DNA of 64,000 nt from Bacteroidaceae bacterium (GCA_045606445.1 JAZURY010000025.1:12982-76981); one strand, 5' to 3'; counted from the first letter of the stretch, positions 8,575 to 16,997 are shown. The notes: generated by a model from the letters alone, not told the origin. Numbers and translations: made by a program.

Positions 8575-8610
8575 ATTTTTCTCCTTTTGTGACTATATTA
8601 TATAAGGTAA
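8552..8610 (+). repeat. 59-bp direct repeat, copy B (partner at 3133-3191)
   Basis: AAAAAAGTTGCCCTAAATATTGAATTTTTCTCCTTTTGTGACTATATTATATAAGGTAA. Confidence 0.9.
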
Positions 8611-8627
8611 TATAAGAAATAGGTAAT

Positions 8628-8993
8628 ATGAAGTACTACAATTGTCACACGCTCTCCAGCAATTACGACATTGCATTGAACCGTATTTTCTATACGGGCA
8701 GGTTCAGGGATGCTTTTACAGCAAGGTTTCGTTTGTGCCCTCGTGGCCTGACTATGTCTTGTTGCACTAATGATGAGGATACGGCACCGACATCCTTCTG
8801 CGTTTGTGTCAAGAGGTATGGATATGAGAGTTTGTCCAACAATGGTTTTGAATACTCCGACATGATGGACTATGAGACAGACTTTGCGGCAGAGGAAAGG
8901 CTGACTCCGGAAATGGAAGAGTTCTGCGTGGAGTACATCAAGCAGGTGGATGCCGAACTCTACGAAACGGTGAAGAAACTCTGGAAGAAGTGA
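8628..8993 (+). CDS. Hypothetical protein
   Basis: 121-aa ORF starting 18 bp after repeat copy B. A 44-bp deleted copy of its 5' part lies at 8128-8170. Confidence 0.45.
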   Translation: MKYYNCHTLSSNYDIALNRIFYTGRFRDAFTARFRLCPRGLTMSCCTNDEDTAPTSFCVCVKRYGYESLSNNGFEYSDMMDYETDFAAEERLTPEMEEFCVEYIKQVDAELYETVKKLWKK

Positions 8994-9015
8994 TTTCGTA
9001 ATTTCTGTAAAAGAA

Positions 9016-9348
9016 TTGATGCCAGCAGTGTTAATCAGAACTGAATGTAGAGGAATGTTTGATACGCATAGAATAAACATAGAAGGATTTTGCAGCGACA
9101 GAGGTTTTTTGTTTCACAGGAACGGGAGCGGTGCTTGGGGCAATGACAGGTATTGGACCTATTACAAGGTGGAGAACAACGACAGGACTGTGTTCAGCAT
9201 CGAATATTTTCCTGTGCGAAATTACCTTAAAATCTGCCACGGCAACAGTTGCTACCAAGGGACACCAGAATCATTGGAACACATGCTGGAACTGTTGTCG
9301 GCAATGAGAATAGATATTGAAGAATTAGCACTTGACAAGGATATATAA
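9016..9348 (+). CDS. Hypothetical protein
   Basis: 110-aa ORF. The start is uncertain, with an alternative ATG at 9055. Confidence 0.4.
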   Translation: MMPAVLIRTECRGMFDTHRINIEGFCSDRGFLFHRNGSGAWGNDRYWTYYKVENNDRTVFSIEYFPVRNYLKICHGNSCYQGTPESLEHMLELLSAMRIDIEELALDKDI

Positions 9349-9369
9349 GGATTTATACGAGATACCATT

Positions 9370-9600
9370 ATGACAGAAAATGAAAGACGATTTGCTGATC
9401 TTATAGTGAACTATGACCAGCGTGTCATGGAGGCATGTGAGTACATTAAGACTAACTTTAATGTTTCCTCGGAATTTGATGCAAAGGCAGGAACGCTGAG
9501 ACTCTATGTGACCAATGTGAATGATGCGTTGCAGATACTTGCTGCCAAGGAATATCTGGAGGAAACGTTCCCCCCAGGAATGGTGCTTGTCACCCCTTAA
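9370..9600 (+). CDS. Hypothetical protein
   Basis: 76-aa ORF, closely spaced with its neighbours on the same strand. Confidence 0.4.
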   Translation: MTENERRFADLIVNYDQRVMEACEYIKTNFNVSSEFDAKAGTLRLYVTNVNDALQILAAKEYLEETFPPGMVLVTP

Positions 9601-9620
9601 TTAACCCCAAGAAAGCAGTT

Positions 9621-10151
9621 ATGAGTAAAAAGGTTTTGTATTTCGACATGGACGGCGTGCTGGTAAATTTCCAGTCAGGCATAGACAAACTGAGCGAGGC
9701 TGTAAGGCAGGAATATGAGGGCCGGCTGGACGAGGTGCCCGGCATCTTTGCCCTGATGGAACCCATGCCCGGAGCCATAGAGGCGGTGCACCGTTTGCAG
9801 GAGCATTACGAGGTGTATATCCTTTCCACTTCTCCATGGAAGAACCCTACCGCGGCAAGCGACAAGGTGGCATGGGTGACGAAGTATCTGGATGACGTGT
9901 TCCACAAGCGTATGGTTCTGACGCATTGCAAGAACCTGTGCAAGGGTGATTTCCTCATAGACGACCGCGGTAAGAACGGCACCAGCGAGTTCGAGGGCGA
10001 GTGGATACACTTCGGCTCGGAGCGTTTCCCCGACTGGGACAGTGTAGTGGCATATCTGCTTTCTCCCGACAAGGTTCGGGATGCCGTTCGTCTGCACCCT
10101 TCGGGTAATGCTAAGGTGCCGACAATAGAGGAGGCGATTGGGGAACGTTGA
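9621..10151 (+). CDS. HAD-superfamily 5'(3')-deoxyribonucleotidase (NT5C family)
   Basis: The N-terminal VLYFDMDGVLVNF carries the DxDxV/T HAD motif I. YILSTSPW and GDFLIDDR match motifs II to IV of NT5C-type nucleotidases. Confidence 0.75.
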   Translation: MSKKVLYFDMDGVLVNFQSGIDKLSEAVRQEYEGRLDEVPGIFALMEPMPGAIEAVHRLQEHYEVYILSTSPWKNPTAASDKVAWVTKYLDDVFHKRMVLTHCKNLCKGDFLIDDRGKNGTSEFEGEWIHFGSERFPDWDSVVAYLLSPDKVRDAVRLHPSGNAKVPTIEEAIGER

Positions 10152-10173
10152 ACGTTGAACGTAACGTTCACGA

Positions 10174-10250
10174 GTAGGGACGCTGCGTGCAGCGTACGGC
10201 AACAATCCCTTTGCAGTATAAAGGCGGACGCAGCATGCCGAGTCCCTGCA
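10174..10250. repeat. REP-like hairpin (GTAGGGACGCTGCGTGCAGCGTA) plus degenerate inverted partner, preceded by GAACGTT heptamer repeats
   Basis: Same word family as 21171, 21268, 25776, 25826, 25905, 25956 and 38513. GAACGTTGAACGTTGAACGTAACGTTCAC at 10144-10172 overlaps the stop codon (10149-10151). Confidence 0.8.
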
Positions 10251-10301
10251 CGCAGGTCGCTCCATTGGGAATAGAGTGTGTGGGTGTCGGATATACAGTT
10301 A

Positions 10302-10991
10302 ATGAAGAACAAAATCAATATGCTCAGTTTCGAGGATTATTCGTTGTCATTGTCGTATAACGAGGAAAGAGGATATTACGAATACGTAGGGTGCAACAAT
10401 CGCAGCATCGTCAGGAAAGGTTCGTTTGTGCACCTTATGGCGAGTATGGGCAAAAGGGATTTTGCCGTTTTGGACGCCTATAGTTGTGGGCTTTCCAAGG
10501 AAGAAAATGTCCGTTCCAACCGCGGTATGAGGGAGGTTTTGCAGGCATCGTCTCTCCAGGCCTATTGTCTGGTATGCAGGACACAGGCAGGAACCGTGGC
10601 ACGTCATTATCTTGTGGAAAGGCCCGATACAATGCCATCGGATGAATTTGAGAGGTGCATGGCGGATTGTCTGAAGGCAGGTCTGTGCAGGGATAGGGCT
10701 GCTCTTTATCGCAGACAGTCCGAATATCTCTTCCAGTACCCTGATGGCACGATCGCGAATGACGCTCCTGTCCTGACGGATGACATCGTAGTGGGTGTGG
10801 AGGAACCTGCCACCAACATGGGCAGGATGATGTATGCAAGGCACGGTCTCTGCTATCCGTCTGCTTTCTGTCGTCAGGGCAGGAAGATAAATGTTGTGAA
10901 GTCCGTCACAAACGATGAGTCAGAGCATGAACCCAACCCCATGTCTCACGACCGCGGTTTCATTAAGAGGTTGAGGGAGGGACGTAAGTAA
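10302..10991 (+). CDS. Hypothetical protein
   Basis: 229-aa ORF from the first ATG. No family recognised. Confidence 0.5.
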   Translation: MKNKINMLSFEDYSLSLSYNEERGYYEYVGCNNRSIVRKGSFVHLMASMGKRDFAVLDAYSCGLSKEENVRSNRGMREVLQASSLQAYCLVCRTQAGTVARHYLVERPDTMPSDEFERCMADCLKAGLCRDRAALYRRQSEYLFQYPDGTIANDAPVLTDDIVVGVEEPATNMGRMMYARHGLCYPSAFCRQGRKINVVKSVTNDESEHEPNPMSHDRGFIKRLREGRK

Positions 10992-11064
10992 AAAGATTTA
11001 GGAAAAGTAATATAGTTGTAGATAAAAAGTCTTGTATCCGTATGGGTATTTCAGAAATGATTTG

Positions 11065-11072
11065 TATTTTTG
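11065..11072 (+). promoter_or_regulatory. Bacteroidota -7 promoter box TATTTTTG
   Basis: Matches TAnnTTTG, 21 bp upstream of ATG 11093. Confidence 0.35.
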
Positions 11073-11092
11073 TCCCATAAAAAGTGGTTGGC

Positions 11093-11317
11093 ATGTCCCG
11101 GGAAGAAGGTAATAGACTGAGGTATATGATAGCGCTGATTGCTGAGTTTGCAAACAAATTCGGTATAGGAGAGAAGCAGGCATATAATTATCTTGTCCGC
11201 TTCAAGGGCATGGAGCATCTGTCCTCCTATTACGACGTGATACATACGCAATCATTTGACGATGCGGTGGAGACTATGGTACAAGTGTGTGGGAATAATG
11301 GTGGAGGATTGAGATGA
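11093..11317 (+). CDS. DUF3791-family small protein
   Basis: An approximately 74-aa helical protein (RLRYMIALIAEFANKFGIGEKQAYNYLVRFKG...) in the position seen next to DUF3990 genes. Its stop overlaps the next start (ATGA). Confidence 0.65.
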   Translation: MSREEGNRLRYMIALIAEFANKFGIGEKQAYNYLVRFKGMEHLSSYYDVIHTQSFDDAVETMVQVCGNNGGGLR

Positions 11318-11799
11318 GGTTGTATCATGGTTCAAACGTGGAGGTGACAGTTCCTGATCTTACAAAATCCAAACCTTATAAGGATTTTGGCCGGGGATTC
11401 TATCTGTCGGCAGATAGGGCACAGGCATTGCGAATGGCAGAGCAGAAAACCTTGCAATTGATGTGTGGCGAACCAGTAGTGTCTGTATTTGAGTTTGATG
11501 ATTTCGAACTCAATAGCCACGAGTTGAAAGTTAAAGTCTTTGAGAATTATAGTGTGGAGTGGGCAAGGTTTATATTGAGAAATAGAAATATCAAAGAACC
11601 GCTTCCCGTTCATGATTACGATATTGTTTACGGACCTATAGCCGATGATGGCGTAACATTTCAACTCCGTAGATACCAGGCTGGAGTAATAAGCATAGAA
11701 GAACTTGTTCGTGAACTACAATATGCGAGAGGTATAACGTTCCAATACTTCTTTGGGACAGAACTGGCATTATCAAAACTGACAAAACTATGGAACTGA
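11314..11799 (+). CDS. DUF3990-family protein
   Basis: MRLYHGSNVEV..PDL......DFGRGFYLS is the hallmark N-terminus, with the GFY motif. Length is 161 aa. Confidence 0.7.
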   Translation: MRLYHGSNVEVTVPDLTKSKPYKDFGRGFYLSADRAQALRMAEQKTLQLMCGEPVVSVFEFDDFELNSHELKVKVFENYSVEWARFILRNRNIKEPLPVHDYDIVYGPIADDGVTFQLRRYQAGVISIEELVRELQYARGITFQYFFGTELALSKLTKLWN

Positions 11800-12023
11800 C
11801 TGATGGACAAGTAAGGATGATGCAAGAGGAGATGTACGCAGAACTTATCCAGATTCTGATGGAAAAGTATGCCTATACAATGGAGCAGGCAATGGATGCA
11901 TTATATAACTCCGAAACCTTTGCCCGATTGCAAGATGCCAGGACAGGATTGTATTACCAAAGTCCGGGGTATGTCTATTCGTTCTTGAATAACGAACTTA
12001 GCCTCTGTGACTATAGGAAGTAA
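11790..12023 (+). CDS. DUF3791-family small protein (second copy in triad)
   Basis: 77 aa, overlaps the DUF3990 gene by 10 nt. The helical EMYAELIQILMEKYAYTMEQAMDALYNSETF resembles the partner proteins. Confidence 0.6.
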   Translation: MELTDGQVRMMQEEMYAELIQILMEKYAYTMEQAMDALYNSETFARLQDARTGLYYQSPGYVYSFLNNELSLCDYRK

Positions 12024-12025
12024 TG

Positions 12026-12238
12026 CTATGACGTAATTTTGAACTCAGCCTTAAGTTCGTCTACAAGATACTCATCGCTCATGCAGTGCATGTCGGCAAT
12101 ACCTTCGCTGATAAGTTCGTAGGTTTTAGAGTCGTAAAACATACCCAATGCTTTTTCGTAAGAGAATCCCGTTTCATCGGCAAACATCTGCACGATACGG
12201 GCGTATTTCTGCTGAAGTATTATCTTGTTGGCCTGCAT
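12026..12238 (-). CDS. DUF3791-family small protein
   Basis: 70 aa. QQKYARIVQMFADETGFSYEKALGMFYDSKTYELI parallels the 11790-12023 product. Confidence 0.6.
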   Translation of the reverse strand: MQANKIILQQKYARIVQMFADETGFSYEKALGMFYDSKTYELISEGIADMHCMSDEYLVDELKAEFKITS

Positions 12239-12241
12239 GGT

Positions 12242-12715
12242 TCAGAGTTTTATGGATTCTATGAAATGAAGATGCTTGTCCAAAACCAGTTGGTTGGTGA
12301 TGCATACTTGGTGATTAGGGCGTTTGAAACGCAGTTGGTCAAGCGCTTGCTCAAAGGTGTACACACCAGAGAAGTAGAGGTCGATAGTATTAAAAACCTG
12401 GTCATCGGCAATACCTCCTTCTATAATATCATATGTGGTGTGAGGTTGCCCTTTACGGCAGGCGGTGATAAAGTCAAGCCATTTGCTGTTGTAAGCGTCA
12501 AATATTATGTGCGATACTTCCGGCAGAACTTCGTCAAGTTCGTAAATATTGAGAAAGGCCTCCTCGCCTTTTCGTAGGAAACGCTGTCCATAATTAATCG
12601 CCTGCTCGCGCAGTGGAGTCAGGTAAAAACCTCGGCCAAAGTCAAGGTGTTCGCGTGAATGGCTTAGGTCGGGTGTGTTTACTTCTGTATTTGACGTGTG
12701 GTATAAGCGTTTCAT
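12242..12715 (-). CDS. DUF3990-family protein (paralog of 11314-11799)
   Basis: From ATG 12715: MKRLYHTSNTEVNTPDLSHSREHLDFGRGFYLT..., and later YDIIEGGIADDQV versus YDIVYGPIADDGV in the paralog. There is an ATGA overlap with the upstream gene. Confidence 0.7.
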   Translation of the reverse strand: MKRLYHTSNTEVNTPDLSHSREHLDFGRGFYLTPLREQAINYGQRFLRKGEEAFLNIYELDEVLPEVSHIIFDAYNSKWLDFITACRKGQPHTTYDIIEGGIADDQVFNTIDLYFSGVYTFEQALDQLRFKRPNHQVCITNQLVLDKHLHFIESIKL

Positions 12716-12927
12716 GGCAAAACTCCTTTCTTCTTCATGTATCCCACCAAATCTTCGATAATATATTCCTTGGAAAACGTGTGCAGTACATCGTAGCATG
12801 GTACGATGTAGTCCGATATGATGCCTGCATTCTGTAGTTTGTGGTAAACGTCGCGGGCATTCATATTAAGATGGTCGGCGATACTTCCGATGCAGAATAT
12901 GGTGAAGTTCAGTGATTGTGGGTTCAT
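12712..12927 (-). CDS. DUF3791-family small protein
   Basis: 71 aa, first gene of the minus-strand triad. Confidence 0.6.
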   Translation of the reverse strand: MNPQSLNFTIFCIGSIADHLNMNARDVYHKLQNAGIISDYIVPCYDVLHTFSKEYIIEDLVGYMKKKGVLP

Positions 12928-13131
12928 GTCGGGTAAACATTATATTAACTTCCAAATGCAAATATACGGCTTTTATTTGTGATTTCAGTAATGTGCAGAC
13001 ATTTATCATTACAAATGACATATAGTGCCTTTTCTTGCATAATCTTGCAACGAAAGCCTTTTATGCGTCTATTTTGCATAAAGTTGTAGCATTTGTGGTG
13101 TCATAATGTCGCTGATGATGCTATTTTTTTG

Positions 13132-13139
13132 TAACTTTG
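13132..13139 (+). promoter_or_regulatory. -7 promoter box TAACTTTG upstream of argR
   Basis: Matches TAnnTTTG. It is followed by TTTGAATAAAT, which resembles half of an ARG box. Confidence 0.35.
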
Positions 13140-13156
13140 CACGCAAATTTGAATAA

Positions 13157-13660
13157 ATGGGCATGGAAGTTATGCCCGAAGATATGGAAAAGCAAGACAA
13201 GAAGGCCAGACTGCAGGTTATCCGCACCATAGTGGGCAACTGCCCGATAGAGAACCAGGAGGAACTTGCAGTGGAACTGGAAAAGGCCGGATTCTCCACC
13301 ACACAGACCATGCTGAGCCGCGACCTGAAGCAGTTGCGCATCTCCAAGGTGCGCACCCGTTCGGGAAAGAGCGTCTATGCCCTGCCAGGTGTGGTGTACT
13401 TCGACCCTGCCAAGACACGCGAGGAACTGAATGCCACGAAGTGGTCCCTGCAGTTCAGCGGCAACATGGCGGTGCTGCACACTCCGCCGGGGCATGCCTC
13501 GCTGGTGGCATACGAGATAGACGAGATGAAGTCGCCGTTGCTGCTGGGCACCGTGGCAGGTGACGATACGGTGATGATAGTGATGGCCGAAGGCGCCAGC
13601 CGTGAAGTGTTGAGCGAACAACTTATGGAGGCCGTGCCTCAATTAAGGAAGCGCAGGTAA
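13157..13660 (+). CDS. argR: Arginine repressor ArgR
   Basis: Winged-helix N-terminus (ARLQVIRTIVGNCPIENQEELAVELEKAGFSTTQTMLSRDLKQL) and C-terminal oligomerisation domain (GTVAGDDTVMIVMAEG). Confidence 0.85.
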   Translation: MGMEVMPEDMEKQDKKARLQVIRTIVGNCPIENQEELAVELEKAGFSTTQTMLSRDLKQLRISKVRTRSGKSVYALPGVVYFDPAKTREELNATKWSLQFSGNMAVLHTPPGHASLVAYEIDEMKSPLLLGTVAGDDTVMIVMAEGASREVLSEQLMEAVPQLRKRR

Positions 13661-13673
13661 GAAAGTAAGAACG

Positions 13674-14312
13674 ATGGAAGAAAAGAAAGAAAAGCGTACA
13701 TTCGAGAATAGCAACATCAGGATAGTCGTTGCAGATGCCAGTCACGAGAAGTATGTAGACGAGATTCTGCAGACTATACGCGAGGCTGCACGCAAGCGTG
13801 GTACCGGTATTGCCGAGCGTACCCACGAATATCTTGCCACCAAGATAAAGGAGAGCAAGGCCATTCTGGCTTTGGACGGAGACCGCTTTGCCGGTTTCAG
13901 TTACATAGAGACATGGGGCAACAAGCACTATGTTACCACCTCGGGCCTGATTGTGCACCCCGACTATCAGGGGCTGGGCGTGGCACGCCACATCAAGGAC
14001 TATACCTTCACTCTGGCCCGTCTGCGCTGGCCCCATGCCAAGATATTCTCCCTGACCAGCGGTGATGCCGTGATGAAGATGAATACCGACCTGGGCTATG
14101 TGCCCGTAAGTTTCAACCAGTTGACCGATGATGAGGCTTTCTGGCGTGGATGCCAGGGTTGCATAAACCACGACATACTGGAACTGAAGCAGCGCAAGTT
14201 CTGCGTGTGCACCGGCATGCTCTGGGACCCCGAGAAGCATCATGGCGAACCCACCAGCCTGGAGGTCATCAAGGATGTGATGAAGGCGCTGGTGCTGAGG
14301 GGGATTGAGTAA
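13674..14312 (+). CDS. GNAT-family N-acyltransferase of the arg cluster (candidate glutamate N-acyltransferase)
   Basis: GNAT core LIVHPDYQGLGVARHI. Its position between argR and argG is as in Bacteroides arg clusters. Confidence 0.65.
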   Translation: MEEKKEKRTFENSNIRIVVADASHEKYVDEILQTIREAARKRGTGIAERTHEYLATKIKESKAILALDGDRFAGFSYIETWGNKHYVTTSGLIVHPDYQGLGVARHIKDYTFTLARLRWPHAKIFSLTSGDAVMKMNTDLGYVPVSFNQLTDDEAFWRGCQGCINHDILELKQRKFCVCTGMLWDPEKHHGEPTSLEVIKDVMKALVLRGIE

Positions 14313-14364
14313 ACGGAAAACGGAAAACGGAAAACGGAAAACGTTTAGCGGTGAGCGGTGAGCG
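14313..14364. repeat. Tandem heptamers ACGGAAA x4 followed by AGCGGTG x2, abutting the stop codon
   Basis: Read directly: ACGGAAAACGGAAAACGGAAAACGGAAAACGTTTAGCGGTGAGCGGTGAGCG. Confidence 0.9.
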
Positions 14365-14432
14365 AAAAGGCGTACTCCTTTCGTTTCTCTTAGCGCAACG
14401 CCACACTGGGGGCAGGGTTGGATGAACGTTTT

Positions 14433-14486
14433 TCGGATTAGTCGGAATATTCGGATTAGTCGGAATACTCGGAATACTCGGAATAC
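14433..14486. repeat. Six tandem 9-mers TCGGA(A/T)TA(C/G/T)
   Basis: TCGGATTAG TCGGAATAT TCGGATTAG TCGGAATAC TCGGAATAC TCGGAATAC, upstream of argG. Confidence 0.9.
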
Positions 14487-14529
14487 TCAGACAACTCGGA
14501 ATAAGAAAAAAGAACTAACAATATACAAG

Positions 14530-15732
14530 ATGGAAAAGAAGAAAGTTGTGGTTGCCTTCAGTGGCGGCCTCGATACCAGTTACACCGTGATGTACCTGGC
14601 TAAGGAGAAGGGCTATGAGGTGTATGCCGCATGTGCCAACACCGGTGGTTTCAGCGCCGAGCAGTTGAAAGCCAACGAGGAGAACGCCTACAAGTTGGGC
14701 GCCAAGGAGTATGTCACTCTCGACGTTACTCAGGAGTACTATGAGAAGTCGCTGAAGTACATGGTCTTCGGCAACGTGTTGCGCAACAACTGCTATCCCA
14801 TCAGCGTGTCCAGCGAGCGCATCTTCCAGGCCATGGCCATTGCACGCTATGCACGCGAAATAGGTGCCAGCGCCATTGCCCACGGCTCTACAGGTGCCGG
14901 CAACGACCAGATACGTTTCGACATGACCTTCCTGGTTATGGCTCCCGGTGTGGAGATCATCACACTGACCCGCGACGGTAACCTTACTCGTCAGGAGGAG
15001 GTGGACTACCTGAACCAGAACGGTTACTATGCCGACTTCACCAAGTTGAAGTATTCCTACAACGTGGGAATCTGGGGTACCAGCATCTGTGGCGGCGAGA
15101 TTCTGGACAGCACACAGGGCCTGCCCGAGAGCGCATACCTGAAGCACCCCACCAAGGAAGGCACAGAACTGCTGAAACTTGGTTTCGAGAAGGGCGAACT
15201 GGTGTCTGTCAACGGCACACGCTACGAAGACAAGATACAGGCCATACAGGCTGTTGAAGAGATTGGCGCTTCATACGCCATAGGTCGCGACTGCCATGTG
15301 GGCGACACCATCATCGGCATCAAGGGCCGTGTGGGCTTCGAGGCTGCAGCACCCATGCTCATTATCGGTGCACACCGTTTCCTGGAGAAGTACACCCTGA
15401 GCAAGTGGCAGCAGTACTGGAAGGAGCAGGTGGCCAACTGGTACGGCATGTTCCTGCACGAGAGCCAGTATCTGGAGCCTGTCATGCCAGACATCGAGGC
15501 CATGCTCATCAGCAGCCAGCGCAATGTTACTGGCGAGGTGACACTGGAACTCCGTCCCTACAGTTTCCAGACCATGGGTGTGGATTCTCCCAACGACCTT
15601 GTCAAGAACAAGTTGGGCGAGTATGGCGAGACCGCCAAGGCATGGAGCAGCGACGATGCCAAGGGCTTCATTAAGGTAAGTTCTACCGCCCTGCGCGCCT
15701 ACTATCTGGCACATCCGGACGAGGAGAGATAA
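14530..15732 (+). CDS. argG: Argininosuccinate synthase
   Basis: From ATG 14530: MEKKKVVVAFSGGLDTSY (PP-loop SGGLDTS). The track ORF starts earlier, inside the repeat array. Confidence 0.9.
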   Translation: MEKKKVVVAFSGGLDTSYTVMYLAKEKGYEVYAACANTGGFSAEQLKANEENAYKLGAKEYVTLDVTQEYYEKSLKYMVFGNVLRNNCYPISVSSERIFQAMAIARYAREIGASAIAHGSTGAGNDQIRFDMTFLVMAPGVEIITLTRDGNLTRQEEVDYLNQNGYYADFTKLKYSYNVGIWGTSICGGEILDSTQGLPESAYLKHPTKEGTELLKLGFEKGELVSVNGTRYEDKIQAIQAVEEIGASYAIGRDCHVGDTIIGIKGRVGFEAAAPMLIIGAHRFLEKYTLSKWQQYWKEQVANWYGMFLHESQYLEPVMPDIEAMLISSQRNVTGEVTLELRPYSFQTMGVDSPNDLVKNKLGEYGETAKAWSSDDAKGFIKVSSTALRAYYLAHPDEER

Positions 15733-15747
15733 AGGACCCACCCCCAA

Positions 15748-15767
15748 CCCCTCCCTATATGGAGGGG
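15748..15767 (+). terminator. Hairpin CCCCTCC-CTATAT-GGAGGGG after argG (no T-run)
   Basis: 7-bp G/C stem, preceded by the shared word CCCAACCCCTCCCT. Confidence 0.4.
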
Positions 15768-15842
15768 AGGTGTGTGCGGCGAAGAGTACCTTCAATATAA
15801 ATGACAAGAAAGAATAACATTTAAACAGACAGTAATATAATT

Positions 15843-16028
15843 ATGGATAAGAGGTTTGCTTTGTCTGCAACAGACAAGAAGATAGCAGGTGTATGCGGTG
15901 GTATTGCAGAGTACTTTGGAATGGATTCTCTGCTGGTGCGCATACTTTTTGTAGTACTGCTTTTGGGCGGTTCTCTGGGTTTCTGGGCATACATCCTCCT
16001 GTGGATTCTTGCTCCCAAGAGTAAGTAA
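15843..16028 (+). CDS. PspC-domain membrane protein
   Basis: RFALSATDKKIAGVCGGIAEYFGMDSLLVRILFVVL is the PspC N-terminal domain signature. One TM follows. Confidence 0.75.
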   Translation: MDKRFALSATDKKIAGVCGGIAEYFGMDSLLVRILFVVLLLGGSLGFWAYILLWILAPKSK

Positions 16029-16031
16029 ACG

Positions 16032-16997
16032 ATGGTTAGGGTAGGCATACTTGGAGCGGCAGGTTATACCGGCGGTGAACTTATCCGCGTGCTCCTCAAT
16101 CATCCCGAGGCAGAGATAGTCTTTGCCAACAGCGAATCCAATGCCGGCAATCCCGTGTGCGAGGTGCACGAGGGACTGTATGGCGAGACCGACCTGTGCT
16201 TTACCAGCGAGATGCCCTGGGAACAGGTGGACGTGGTGTTCTTCTGCTTCGGTCATGGCAAGAGTCGTGCCTTCCTGCAGGAGCACGACATCCCTGCACA
16301 TGTGCGCATCATAGACCTGGCACAGGACTTCCGCATTGCCGGAGACCACGACTATGTCTATGGATTGCCCGAGACACACCGCGAGCAGACACGTGGTGCC
16401 ATGCACCTTGCCAATCCCGGTTGCTTTGCCACCTGCATACAGTTGGCTCTGCTCCCCGCCCTCAAGGCTGGCATGCTGAGCGGCGACATACACGTGAACG
16501 GCATAACCGGTTCTACCGGTGCAGGTCAGAAGCCCGGCGCAACGACACACTACAGTTGGCGCAACGACAACATTTCCGTCTACAAGACCTTCAACCACCA
16601 GCACCTTCTGGAGATAAACCAGACAGTGCAGGAACTGCATCCCGGTTATGACGGCCGTGTGCTCTTCATCCCCCAGCGCGGTTGCTTTGCCCGTGGCATC
16701 TACGTTACCGCCTATGCCAAGTGCGACGCTCCCATCGAGGAGGTGCAGAAGGTGTATGCCGACTACTACCAGGATGCCGCATTCACGCACTTCGTCGTGA
16801 AGTCTCCCGACATGAAGCAGGTGGTGAACACCAACAAGGCCGTTGTATATGTGGAGAAGTACGAGGACCAGTTGCTCATGATCTGCTGTATAGACAACCT
16901 TCTGAAGGGCGCTGTGGGTCAGGCCGTGCAGAACATGAACCTGATGTTCGGACTGGACGAGAAGGCAGGCTTGAACCTGAAGGCGAGTGCATTTTAG
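16032..16997 (+). CDS. argC: N-acyl-gamma-glutamyl-phosphate reductase
   Basis: VGILGAAGYTGGELIRVLLNHP Rossmann N-terminus and the active-site region ANPGCFATC. Confidence 0.9.
   Translation: MVRVGILGAAGYTGGELIRVLLNHPEAEIVFANSESNAGNPVCEVHEGLYGETDLCFTSEMPWEQVDVVFFCFGHGKSRAFLQEHDIPAHVRIIDLAQDFRIAGDHDYVYGLPETHREQTRGAMHLANPGCFATCIQLALLPALKAGMLSGDIHVNGITGSTGAGQKPGATTHYSWRNDNISVYKTFNHQHLLEINQTVQELHPGYDGRVLFIPQRGCFARGIYVTAYAKCDAPIEEVQKVYADYYQDAAFTHFVVKSPDMKQVVNTNKAVVYVEKYEDQLLMICCIDNLLKGAVGQAVQNMNLMFGLDEKAGLNLKASAF

Noticed and set aside
1-13000. Integrative or conjugative element, phage or transposon in the accessory block
   Set aside because: I found no integrase, transposase, relaxase, capsid or terminase motifs in any ORF of 60 aa or more. 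There is no flanking tRNA and no clear terminal repeats other than the 59-bp pair. Mobility is suggested only indirectly, and the left boundary is outside the window.
13140-13156. ARG box at the argR promoter (TTTGAATAAATGGGCA)
   Set aside because: Only the TGAAT half-site matches the enterobacterial consensus, and the second half is absent. I do not know the Bacteroidales ArgR motif well enough to call it.
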